A stretch of DNA of 64,000 nt from Deltaproteobacteria bacterium (GCA_030591565.1 JAUVAU010000001.1:174677-238676), one strand, 5' to 3'. Numbered from the stretch's first letter, positions 45,904 through 54,640 are shown. Translations and numbers: made by a program. The notes: generated by a model not told the origin, from the letters alone.

Positions 45904-46923
45904 ATGGACAGAGCCGCTCTGGATTTCCCCAATCTTCCCTTCGCCTACATGGATACCGACTCCAACATCCGCTACAAGTTCAGCGGCGGCAAGTGGTCGG
46001 AAGGCGAATTGACCACGGATACGACGATCACCATGCACATGGCGTCCACCTGCCTGCACTACGGCCAGGAGATCTTCGAGGGGTTGAAGATCTTCGAACG
46101 CCCCGATGGCAGAATCCAGACCTTTCGTCTGGAGGAGAACGCCAAGCGCTTTCAGCGCTCCGCCGCCAAGCTGCTGATGGAGCCGGTGCCGGTGGATATC
46201 TTCAAGGAAGCGGTGCATCGTGTGGTCAAGGCCAACAGGCGCTTTGTGCCCCCCTACGGCAGCGGCGCGAGCTTGTACGTCAGGCCCTACCTGCTGGGTG
46301 TCTCGGCTGAGGTGGGCGTGAGACCCAGCGACGACTACCTCTTCATCATCTTCGTCACCCCGGTCGGCCCCTATTATAAAGCGGGCTTTACACCGGTGAA
46401 GTTGATGGTGGAGGAGACTATCCGTCGCGCAGCCCCAGGCGGCGTGGGCGACATCAAGTGCGGAGGCAACTACGCCGCAAGTATGCGCGCCACCATGGGG
46501 GCCAAGGAGAAGGGCTTCTCCGAGGTGCTCTACCTTGACGCCAAGGAGGGCAAATACATCGACGAGTCGGGCTCTTCAAACTTTTTTGCCATCAAGGGCA
46601 ACAAGTTCATCACGCCCCACAGCGAGACGATCCTCTCCTCCATCACCCGCATGAGCGTGGCGCAGATCGCCCGGGACATGGGGATGGAAGTGGAGCAGCG
46701 CCCTGTCAGCCTTGATGAGTTGAGTGGCTTTGAAGAGGCGGGGTGCCTCGGCACCGCTGCGGTCATCACTCCGGTCGAGTCGGTCACCTGGGGCGATAAG
46801 GAATACTTATACGCCAAGGATGGCAAGGCCGGCCCCAAGGTCACGGAGCTTTACGAGAAGCTCGGTTCGATCCAGTGGGGCGAGGGCGAAGACCCCTATA
46901 ACTGGACCGAGGTGATCGAGTGA
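45904..46923 (+). CDS. ilvE: Branched-chain amino acid aminotransferase (class IV)
   Basis: 339 aa with an IlvE-like pattern (HYGQEIFEGLK, ...GGVGDIKCGGNYAAS). Confidence 0.85.
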   Translation: MDRAALDFPNLPFAYMDTDSNIRYKFSGGKWSEGELTTDTTITMHMASTCLHYGQEIFEGLKIFERPDGRIQTFRLEENAKRFQRSAAKLLMEPVPVDIFKEAVHRVVKANRRFVPPYGSGASLYVRPYLLGVSAEVGVRPSDDYLFIIFVTPVGPYYKAGFTPVKLMVEETIRRAAPGGVGDIKCGGNYAASMRATMGAKEKGFSEVLYLDAKEGKYIDESGSSNFFAIKGNKFITPHSETILSSITRMSVAQIARDMGMEVEQRPVSLDELSGFEEAGCLGTAAVITPVESVTWGDKEYLYAKDGKAGPKVTELYEKLGSIQWGEGEDPYNWTEVIE

Positions 46924-47237
46924 GCGAACCCCAAAACCCGTTGGCGGTCTTCGAGGGGGGAAATGGCGTGAAGGTCGAGATCTTTGACCGGACCTCCAAC
47001 TACGCTTACTCCAACATCCACCACGTAAAGCTGGAAGTGGTGGCCGGCTTCCCCGCTACTGACGAGCGCTTTACCCGAACGCTGGAAAAGATGGGCGTCT
47101 TTGACGAGGAGCTGGAGCAGACCAAGGCCGAGCTTATTGGGGCGTTCAAGACAAATGGCCTCCAGTACCTTCTGCGCGATGGTTTCGGCGAAAAGCTTGC
47201 GGTCCGCAGGGATGCGCAAACTGCAAAGAGGCGCTAG
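46920..47237 (+). CDS. Hypothetical 105-aa protein, coupled to ilvE
   Basis: The GTG start overlaps the ilvE stop. No family was recognised. Confidence 0.45.
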   Translation: MSEPQNPLAVFEGGNGVKVEIFDRTSNYAYSNIHHVKLEVVAGFPATDERFTRTLEKMGVFDEELEQTKAELIGAFKTNGLQYLLRDGFGEKLAVRRDAQTAKRR

Positions 47238-47239
47238 AG

Positions 47240-47518
47240 ATGAAGTGCGCCCGCTGCTCCGCGCCCCTCCCCGCTCCACCTTATTTCAGAAATGACGAAT
47301 GCCCCAAGTGCGGCGGCGACCTGCACTCCTGCATCCAGTGCCTGAGCTATGAACCGGGCCGTGACAATGACTGCGCCGAGGTCCAGGCGGAGCGCGTCGT
47401 GGACAAGGAGCGGTCCAACTTTTGCGACTGGTTCAAGGCCACAAGCGGGGATGGCTCCGCAGCGGGCCAGGACAAGCAGTCCACCATTGACGCGCTAAAC
47501 AGCCTCTTCAAAAAATGA
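47240..47518 (+). CDS. Small Cys-rich zinc-ribbon protein
   Basis: 92 aa with MKCARCSAP...CPKCGGDLHSCIQC...C..C. It is tightly packed between its neighbours. Confidence 0.55.
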   Translation: MKCARCSAPLPAPPYFRNDECPKCGGDLHSCIQCLSYEPGRDNDCAEVQAERVVDKERSNFCDWFKATSGDGSAAGQDKQSTIDALNSLFKK

Positions 47519-47802
47519 TCAAAAAGCTACTACGGGCGGCATTCCCGGAGACGAAACCGGAAGTGGACCTGCATGGCATGAGGGTGCCCGAGGCGTTGGC
47601 TTGCGTGGAAGAGACGCTAAAGATTCTCGAAAAACAGGGCGGTGGAGAGGTGCGGATAATATGCGGCAAGGGCAAGGGCAGCCCCGGCGGCGTGGGCGTA
47701 CTAAGGCAAGCGGTGTGCGGGTGGCTTGACGCCAGGGGGATTGCATACAGGAGGGTTGTTGATGGTGACGGCGGCGATGGCTCCGTGGTGGTGCAGCGCT
47801 AG
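47515..47802 (+). CDS. Smr-domain protein
   Basis: 95 aa with DLHGMRVPEAL and GKGKGSPGG. It has a 4-nt overlap with the upstream gene. Confidence 0.7.
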   Translation: MIKKLLRAAFPETKPEVDLHGMRVPEALACVEETLKILEKQGGGEVRIICGKGKGSPGGVGVLRQAVCGWLDARGIAYRRVVDGDGGDGSVVVQR

Positions 47803-47809
47803 GAGCTTC

Positions 47810-48037
47810 GTTGAAAAGCCCCGGATATCCTCCGATTGACGTTGTCAGGGGCGAAAAATAATCCTCGAAATACTTATCGGTATGTCTGCAGCCATTTTTC
47901 TTCCCTTCCTAATTCTCGAAGGATCTTCGGGGCTTCTAGTTTATCGTCGGCTTAGCTAGCGTTTTGTCCGGCATTGGCTAAAATCTCCGGTTTAGCGTTA
48001 TTCCCCGCTTCGGGAGAGTTTTTCGGAGAGCCTCCTA
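47810..48037 (-). repeat. Intergenic repeat family, copy R4 (inverted orientation)
   Basis: Its reverse complement aligns with R2 and R3 end to end. The element's first bases (cc-TAG-GAGG) provide the stop codon of the PilZ gene. Confidence 0.9.
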
Positions 48038-48418
48038 GGCCTTGTCGAGATCGGCTATATTGTAAGCGACCTGACTCAGCTCATTTTCGATATCAACCGG
48101 ATTTTCCGAATTGAACTGCACGAGCCTCAGCAGGTGTTGGAAACTCTCCAGACCCACCTCGACAAACTCCACAGCCAGTTGACCATCGGCGCAGCTGACG
48201 ACAAAGCCCTTAACCTTTATATCGAAATCGGGAGCGGCAGGGTCGAGATGGACGTGGAGGTCGATGCTCTCCCCTGCAGGCAAGGAAACACGATCCTCAA
48301 GCTGGAGCAGGCAGCCCTTGAGACTTATATTGTCCAGAGAGGCCGACTGCTTCTTCTCGCCGGAGAAGATGGTCGCCATTTTGGACGTCGAGGCTCTGAT
48401 GCGTCTACGTTTAGCCAT
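48035..48418 (-). CDS. PilZ-domain protein
   Basis: 127 aa with KRRRIRAS...(D)NISLKGCLLQ, i.e. the RxxxR and D/NxSxxG c-di-GMP motifs. Confidence 0.7.
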   Translation of the reverse strand: MAKRRRIRASTSKMATIFSGEKKQSASLDNISLKGCLLQLEDRVSLPAGESIDLHVHLDPAAPDFDIKVKGFVVSCADGQLAVEFVEVGLESFQHLLRLVQFNSENPVDIENELSQVAYNIADLDKA

Positions 48419-48505
48419 TTACACCCAGTATAAAAAAATCGATCAAAGCGAATATATCTTTTAATGCTATCACAAAATCTTCAAATAAACATGGCGAGCT
48501 GGCTG

Positions 48506-48534
48506 TTGACAGGTAAAATGGAAAGGGCTATTAT
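48506..48534 (+). promoter_or_regulatory. Sigma70-type promoter candidate for tRNA-Lys
   Basis: TTGACA (48506-48511), a 17-nt spacer, then TATTAT (48529-48534). It lies about 20 nt upstream of the tRNA. Confidence 0.5.
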
Positions 48535-48553
48535 TCGCCACCCACGTAAAAAT

Positions 48554-48629
48554 GGGCCGTTAGCTCAACTGGCAGAGCAAGTGACTCTTAATCACTAGGT
48601 TGAAGGTTCGAGTCCTTCACGGCTCACCA
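48554..48629 (+). tRNA. tRNA-Lys (anticodon CTT), CCA encoded
   Basis: 76 nt. The acceptor stem GGGCCGT/ACGGCTC has one G-U pair. It has the D-arm GCTCAACTGGCAGAGC, the anticodon stem AGTGA/TCACT with loop CTCTTAA, and the T-arm GAAGGTTCGAGTCCTTC. Confidence 0.9.
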
Positions 48630-48637
48630 ATAAATTC

Positions 48638-48673
48638 AAGGACTTACATCGTTTCGGTGTAAGTCCTTTTTTG
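48638..48673 (+). terminator. Rho-independent terminator after tRNA-Lys
   Basis: AAGGACTTACA-tcgtttcgg-TGTAAGTCCTT followed by TTTTG. Confidence 0.8.
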
Positions 48674-48901
48674 TTTGCAGCAACCGAATAGCAACCATGT
48701 CGCCGATATTCGAGAGGTGGCCCCCATCTGGTGTGGTTTTGTATTTGGTGGCCTGCCTCGTTTTGAAAATTTGCATGCCACATACTGTGTGACGTCAACA
48801 GGGATGCTGTTTAAGGACATGCTGCCAATAAGTTTGTCTGCCATGATTGGTCTCTCTCATGACACTCTCCTTTGGGTAATTATTCTACCCAGGAGTGTCT
48901 C

Positions 48902-49150
48902 TTAGCAAATCGACCATAGGAGTCCCACAGGGTCTGACGGCTCACAGCCAAGGCGTGATTCGATGCCCACAGCGCGTACGCAGGCCGCAAGTAACACCGC
49001 CTTGGGGATGCAGTAGCCGACCCGCTCGGCCAGAACCCGGCTCGCTTTCATATGGGCGGGGTCGCGGCTCACATGGTAGGGGTTGTAGCGGATATCGTCC
49101 CTGACGCCATAAAAAAGCGCCACGGCTTGCCTGCGGGGTGTCCGCACCAA
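48902..49150 (-). pseudogene. Fragment of a transglutaminase-like (cysteine peptidase fold) gene
   Basis: The 82-aa ORF contains ...FYGVRDDIRYNPY...ASRVLAERVGYCIPKAVLLAACVRAVGIESRLG. This resembles only the central part of transglutaminase-like proteins; the usual N- and C-terminal portions are missing. Confidence 0.45.
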
Positions 49151-49262
49151 CGCAGAGCGCTTGTGCGTAAGCCTTCACTCGGGGATGGTCGGAATTTATG
49201 AATCAGGTCGGGGCAAGATGTGGATTGTCATTCATGTCGTTGTCTCATGTAGTTTTTGTGCG

Positions 49263-51254
49263 CTACTCGTTCTCACAGCTCGTACTCCAAAGCTTCGCCG
49301 TAAAGTCCCCGGAGCCAGTCAGCATTTTGGTGCCATCGGGTGAGAACGCTACGGAATATACGGCCTCATCATGCCCCGCAAAAGTGCAGAGCAGAGAGCC
49401 TCTTCTGGCATCCCAGAGCTTTGCCGTGCGGTCGATTGAGCCGGTCAGTATCTTGGTCCCGTCAGGTGAAAAGGCCACGGAGCATAAATAGCTTTCGTGA
49501 CCGGAAAAGGTTCTGATTTCATTGCCCGACCCCACATCCCAAAGTCTCGCCGTATCGTCGTATAGCCCTGCAACTATAGCGGTTGCGTCGGGCGAGAAGG
49601 CGACTTCGAAAGCTACCCCGGGGTGGGGAAATGTTTGCAACACTTCGCCGGTTTCAACGTCCCAGAGCTTGACTTCAGTATCGGAAAAGAATGTCTCCTC
49701 CGTCTCCGGATCGCTCCCCTCCACAGTGCCTCCACCGGTCAAAATCATGGTCCCATCAGGTGAAAAGACTGCGGATTCAATGAAATCGATGTCACCACTG
49801 AAAGTGCGAAGCTCGCTACCCGTTTGTGTATCCCATATCCTGGCGTTACCATCAGCTGCCCCGGTCAGCACCTTGGAGCCGTCGGGCGAAAACATAACCG
49901 ATCTCACACTATCATTGTGCCCCGAAAGGGTACGGATGTGCGCCCCTGTTTGTGCATCCCATATCCTGGCGGTCGCGTCCTCTGAGCCAGTCAGCACTCT
50001 GGCTCCGTCTGGGGAGAAGACCAGATCGGTCACGTTATCGGAGTGACCCACCAGGGTGTGCAAGATTTTACCCGTGTCAACATCCCATATCTTGGCTGTT
50101 CCGTCGGCGGAACCAGAAGTCAGCACCCTGGTCCCGTCGGGGGAGTACGCTACGTAATCAACCGACCCGGTGTGCCCTGAATAGGACATCTCCACCTCAC
50201 CCGATTCCACAGCCCATAGTTTCGCAGTGCAGTCTTCCGAGCTGGTCAAAACTTTTGTGCCGTCGTGGGTAAATGAGACGGAGGTTATGAATTGGCCGTG
50301 TTGCCTGAAGTCATTGAGTTCCGCACCTGTTTTTGCATCCCATATTTGTACATCTCTTAATTCCCCGGTGACTATCTTGGATCCGTCGGGGGAAAAGGCC
50401 AGGGATTTAATTTCATAGGAGTGTCCGGTCAGGGTGAGGAGGTGTTTACCCGTTTTGCTACTCCAGAGCCTTGCGGTCGCGTCCTTCGACCCTGTCAATA
50501 CCTTGCTTCCATCGGGAGAAAATGCCACGGCTCTTACAAAATGGTCATGCCCCGCAAAGGTGTGTAGCACCTTGCCCGTCTCCACATCCCAAAGTTTGGC
50601 GGTATCATCACCTGACCCCGTCAGTACCTTGGTACCGTCGGGTGAAAAGGCGACAGCGTAGAGAAAAGAGGTGTTGTCAGAAAAATCTTTTAGGTGCTCG
50701 CCCGTGTTCATATCCCAAAGCTTCGCCGTATAATCCCCATACCCTGCCAGCGCCCTGGTTCCGTCAGCGGATAATGTCATGGAGGTCAAAAAGCTACTTC
50801 TTCTTGAAAAATTTCGGATTAATTCTCCACTCTCCACGTCATAGAGTAAAAGTGTACCCTGCTGGTAAGCCAGCAGTACCTTGGTCCCATCGGGGGAGAA
50901 GGCGACAGATTTTACAAACTCGTTTGAGCCCGAGAAGGAGCGGATGAACGCACCTGTGCTGGCATCCCAAAGTATCGCCTCGTTACCCCTCCCTGTAATT
51001 ACCCTGGTCTCGTCGGGGGAAAATGCGGCAGACTCAACAGGAAAAGGGTGGCCTCCAAAGGTTTTTATCGGTATCTCAATAATTGGCTCATCAAAAAAGG
51101 ATAACGCCGTTTCCAGCGAGTCGGGCAACCTCGGCAAGTTAATCTCAGTTGGAATTTCAATAAGAAATTCTCCATCCTGGCTGGACAGGTACACGTATCC
51201 CACAACTGCAAGCAGCAAAAGCTGCAAAAGGATGATGAATTTGGTTCTGCTCAT
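49263..51254 (-). CDS. Signal-anchored WD40-repeat protein (about 14 repeats, enough for two propellers)
   Basis: 663 aa with a GGAGGA Shine-Dalgarno sequence and an N-terminal hydrophobic segment FIILLQLLLLAVVGYVYL. It then has about 14 units of the type ...VAFSPDGTKVLTGSxDxTAKLWD.... Confidence 0.85.
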   Translation of the reverse strand: MSRTKFIILLQLLLLAVVGYVYLSSQDGEFLIEIPTEINLPRLPDSLETALSFFDEPIIEIPIKTFGGHPFPVESAAFSPDETRVITGRGNEAILWDASTGAFIRSFSGSNEFVKSVAFSPDGTKVLLAYQQGTLLLYDVESGELIRNFSRRSSFLTSMTLSADGTRALAGYGDYTAKLWDMNTGEHLKDFSDNTSFLYAVAFSPDGTKVLTGSGDDTAKLWDVETGKVLHTFAGHDHFVRAVAFSPDGSKVLTGSKDATARLWSSKTGKHLLTLTGHSYEIKSLAFSPDGSKIVTGELRDVQIWDAKTGAELNDFRQHGQFITSVSFTHDGTKVLTSSEDCTAKLWAVESGEVEMSYSGHTGSVDYVAYSPDGTRVLTSGSADGTAKIWDVDTGKILHTLVGHSDNVTDLVFSPDGARVLTGSEDATARIWDAQTGAHIRTLSGHNDSVRSVMFSPDGSKVLTGAADGNARIWDTQTGSELRTFSGDIDFIESAVFSPDGTMILTGGGTVEGSDPETEETFFSDTEVKLWDVETGEVLQTFPHPGVAFEVAFSPDATAIVAGLYDDTARLWDVGSGNEIRTFSGHESYLCSVAFSPDGTKILTGSIDRTAKLWDARRGSLLCTFAGHDEAVYSVAFSPDGTKMLTGSGDFTAKLWSTSCENE

Positions 51255-51484
51255 TTAAAGTTCCTCCGGTTGGTTTATCCCCACGAATCAGTCCGCCCCA
51301 ATGGTAGAGCAAAAGCGGCTCTGATGCACGTGGTGGAAGACCCGGACCGATTATATAACACATGCGTAAGGCCCATATGCCACAACCGGGGACACTCTAT
51401 TTAACTACTTTTGCGCATTGATTTGTAATATTCTGAAAATCAAATTCTTGTGATTCCCTGACCATGCAATGAGGATGATAACAG

Positions 51485-52009
51485 ATGCCCTGTCTTGTAA
51501 GGAGTGGATTGGTAGCTTGGACGAGCTTTTTCATTATTGCGCTGGCCATGTTCTCCGGCTGCGCTGCAATGTATGGTGCCGGTTCGGGTTATAAGTCGCA
51601 TAAACCCTATATAGTCAGTGAGAAGACCATTAGCCTTAATGGCACCGGGCAAGCCGAGCCGATAAAAGTGGTTGAAATAAAATGTAATCAAAAGGTAACT
51701 CACTCCGTAGGTTATTTGGAGCCTGGAGGGTTCAGTTACAGCTCTGATATCGAGAGGATGTATATCTACCTGGAACCCGATCAGGTCTATGAGTTTAAAC
51801 CGGTAGAGTGGGAAAGGGGAGGCTACGCAAACTGCTCGAAGCATTTTACGCTACATAAACCCTATGGCGATGTTTTTATAGTAAACACAGATGGTGGCTT
51901 CAGTTATGGGTGTTTTGATGGATATGGATTCGTTCAGGCAATGAAGTGCGTGGATATTTGCCGCCACTCTTATCATCGCGCCAGAGAATTTGCCTCCCCA
52001 GTCACGTAG
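51485..52009 (+). CDS. Hypothetical lipoprotein
   Basis: 174 aa with GAGGAT upstream and a signal peptide with lipobox FSGC. The last 159 nt overlap the convergent DUF3987-like ORF, so the true 3' end is uncertain. Confidence 0.45.
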   Translation: MPCLVRSGLVAWTSFFIIALAMFSGCAAMYGAGSGYKSHKPYIVSEKTISLNGTGQAEPIKVVEIKCNQKVTHSVGYLEPGGFSYSSDIERMYIYLEPDQVYEFKPVEWERGGYANCSKHFTLHKPYGDVFIVNTDGGFSYGCFDGYGFVQAMKCVDICRHSYHRAREFASPVT

Positions 52010-53479
52010 TTGGTCAAGCTCTCCTCCATCTCGTTGAGCACGCTCCACTTCAACTATGAATGATTCGAACACTTGCCTGGCTTCATCTGACAAGGTGATG
52101 GTTGCCTTGCCGGAGTCGCGCATCGAGAACAGTCCCTTGACTGTATTGAAGTAGCTTTCGAGCACGTCCTCAGGAACAGGTGGGGGATTGGTGTCGCGGT
52201 GGCCGATATTACTGTAGGGCATGGCGTAGAGAAACCTTGCCAGGAAACCTTTGTCCTTAAAGCCAGGTTTTTCGGCCATGCCTCGGATAACCGCTGGTTG
52301 GATAGCTGTGGTGATTGTTAGCTTTGGGGCTTTAAGCAGAACAGGAGGGGCGCTGCGCCTATCCACTCTGCACGGGTCGGCTGAAAAGGCTTTAAGCAAC
52401 AGCTCGATGTTGGAGGTGCCCTTATCCGAGTACCGTCCACCTATGATTTCAAACAGCTCTCCCTCGGAGCTAAGGATCGACATCGTCTCGAAGTTTTCGG
52501 CGAGCAGAACCGCCAGCTGCTCAGGCGTTACGTCTTGTGCGATAAATCTTGGAGCAACCGGCAGTTCAGCGCGTAGTTGTTCAACCTTGTTCGCTAATTT
52601 GTCACGTTCCTCATCGTTGCCATCAATTCGCTCCGCCTTGGCCAGCTGCTTCTCATAGCTCCGAAGCTCGCTGTGGGCACGAGCGATTTCCGGCATTAGC
52701 CGTACGGACTCATCGTGCTCATATTCTGCCAGGGGTTGCTGGAGTAGCTTGAACACCGGGCTCTTCCGCGTGCCCGACTCCATCGCGACAACCATATATA
52801 GGTTGGGTGTCTCCTCCCAGCCAGGACGGATGGAAATGGTTGCAATCCGTTGGAGGAGGGTTGCCACGACCCCTAGACCCAGCACAGCAGGCAAGGCCGG
52901 TGGGACCTGGTATGACACTGACACTCGCTCCACCAGTTCTCCGAGTGGATGAGGCAGAGCTTTGGTTGGAAACTCAGGGCGCACCTGGGCGATTAGGGGC
53001 TGGGGATCTGGCCAGTCATGGTCATCAATATCCATAGATACGATCTCCTGAAGAGCCTCCTCCCTGGTTAGGGTTCCCTCCTGCAGTCCCTGGAAAGCCG
53101 TGAATGCTGCACGGTGTACCGCCCTGTCCTTGGCTGCTTCCTTTACCCTTCTGCAATACTCGGCCACATCGTCAGGTTTGGTTGTCACCAGATGAAGTGT
53201 GATCTCCGCCACATCAGAGGAAGTGGCCTTGGAGGTGCCATTTCGGCGAAGCACCTCCGGCACAGTCACGATGTCTGCCCTTTCATCAGCTTCGATGAGT
53301 TCGCCACATACCTGCCAGATCTCTCCATGTCTGGGCGAGTAAAACATCTCGGGTGTGATGTCGCAGACGTGGGGCCATAGGTCGTTATCCACGAGGATGG
53401 CTGCAACGAGGGCACGTTCAGCCTCGACTGGATTGAAGCGTGAAGAATCGAATTCCATCAGATCACCGCTTCCAATCAA
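51851..53479 (-). CDS. Mobile-element replication-type protein: DnaB N-terminal-like domain plus DUF3987-like domain
   Basis: 542 aa. The N-terminus AERALVAAILVDNDLW...FYSPRHGEIWQ is DnaB_N-like. The remainder resembles YfjI/DUF3987 proteins of integrative elements. The C-terminus looks abruptly ended. Confidence 0.6.
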   Translation of the reverse strand: MIGSGDLMEFDSSRFNPVEAERALVAAILVDNDLWPHVCDITPEMFYSPRHGEIWQVCGELIEADERADIVTVPEVLRRNGTSKATSSDVAEITLHLVTTKPDDVAEYCRRVKEAAKDRAVHRAAFTAFQGLQEGTLTREEALQEIVSMDIDDHDWPDPQPLIAQVRPEFPTKALPHPLGELVERVSVSYQVPPALPAVLGLGVVATLLQRIATISIRPGWEETPNLYMVVAMESGTRKSPVFKLLQQPLAEYEHDESVRLMPEIARAHSELRSYEKQLAKAERIDGNDEERDKLANKVEQLRAELPVAPRFIAQDVTPEQLAVLLAENFETMSILSSEGELFEIIGGRYSDKGTSNIELLLKAFSADPCRVDRRSAPPVLLKAPKLTITTAIQPAVIRGMAEKPGFKDKGFLARFLYAMPYSNIGHRDTNPPPVPEDVLESYFNTVKGLFSMRDSGKATITLSDEARQVFESFIVEVERAQRDGGELDQLRDWGGKFSGAMIRVAANIHALHCLNESISIKTPITEATICVYYKNIAIGFM

Positions 53480-53697
53480 GACCGAGATTGACCGGTGTCG
53501 GATGTGCTGCGACGCTTGCTGGCTTCAATGAAGTCATCGAGGTCTTGTGGGTGGTATCGGACGAGTCGTCCTATTTTGCGGAAGACAGGACCCTCGCCGG
53601 TCAGCCGCCAACGTTGAAGGGCACGAACCTTACAACCGAGGATGTTGGCTACCTGGGATTCGGTTAGCAGGGGTAGGTTTTTTGTGGTCTTATCCAT
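53476..53697 (-). CDS. Excisionase/AlpA-like helix-turn-helix protein
   Basis: 73 aa with a strong AAGGAG Shine-Dalgarno sequence and LLTESQVANILGCKVRALQRWRLTGEGPVFRKIGRLVRYHPQDLDDFI. Its stop overlaps the next start. Confidence 0.7.
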   Translation of the reverse strand: MDKTTKNLPLLTESQVANILGCKVRALQRWRLTGEGPVFRKIGRLVRYHPQDLDDFIEASKRRSTSDTGQSRS

Positions 53698-53860
53698 CTA
53701 GGGCTCCTTGAAAAGGTTAACGTTGCCCTGGATAAAACCATTCCGAATTCTGGGCTAACCGGCTTGCCAGAATTTTTTATGAAAATATCTCATATTATAT
53801 GCAGCGACATAGCACTTGGTGACAATAAAACGCTATGATAATTAGCACATAGTAAATTAG

Positions 53861-54361
53861 TCAGTTCCTCCCCTTTTTTTGTTTGCTTGCTTCAGTTTGG
53901 TAGTCTTGAAAGCGGGAGCGGGAGATGGATCGATCGTCACGTGTAACCCTATTATACTGAACAACCCTCTTCCCATCCGCATCCCTATAGAAGGCATACT
54001 CTTCTAGCTCAATTTCATCGGCACTTTCCATCACGACGTTCCACCTGTCATTGTCTGTTTTTCCTGGGCACTCTTTTAAAAGGTGGGCGGCTAGCAGCTC
54101 ATATCCCCTTACATCATGCTCGCGTGATTTGGATGCCTTGTTTTTTTGAAGGTAGTTTTGCTTGGCTTTTTCAAGTCGACCAGTAAGCCTTGCAGCGGCG
54201 TTCACTGCTGATGTTGCATCTCCATTTTTCAGCGCATCTTCCAACTCCTGTCCTTCAGGCCCCACTTCACCTCCCAGAAAGCGACGAAGACCATCAATAG
54301 CAATTAGTGGTTCTTCCATCCCAGGGTTGAATGTGACCTCAATAGGAGGAACTGCTGGCAT
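53861..54361 (-). CDS. Hypothetical protein (166 aa as called; the frame stays open 198 nt further upstream through a Cys-rich segment)
   Basis: There is no Shine-Dalgarno sequence before the ATG at 54361. The upstream in-frame peptide contains CPSCGKLTYFDIPECEHCHNP. Confidence 0.5.
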   Translation of the reverse strand: MPAVPPIEVTFNPGMEEPLIAIDGLRRFLGGEVGPEGQELEDALKNGDATSAVNAAARLTGRLEKAKQNYLQKNKASKSREHDVRGYELLAAHLLKECPGKTDNDRWNVVMESADEIELEEYAFYRDADGKRVVQYNRVTRDDRSISRSRFQDYQTEASKQKKGRN

Positions 54362-54580
54362 GGGATTATGGCAATGTTCGCATTCTGGGATGTCGAAGTA
54401 TGTTAGCTTGCCACAGGAAGGGCATGGTGTGAGAAGCCTAGGCCTGAATTCGCAAGGACCTGATGAGGTGCAGGTTAAACAGGTACTTCTTGTTGGTCGG
54501 GAGCCATCCTTCGGGTGGCCACAAGGTAAAGTTTTTTTGGGCTCAATATGGTCTCTCTTTCAGCCCCCTTCATTTATATT

Positions 54581-54640
54581 ACGACGTTGTCTTAAAGAAT
54601 GATTTTCTCCCATGTGGCGAGATTTTGCAAAAGTGACCGG
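54581..54640 (-). promoter_or_regulatory. Conserved promoter-like module, copy A
   Basis: Minus strand: TTGCAA (54630-54625), 17 nt, GAAAAT (54607-54602). The spacer holds hairpin TCTC-N9-GAGA. Confidence 0.5.
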
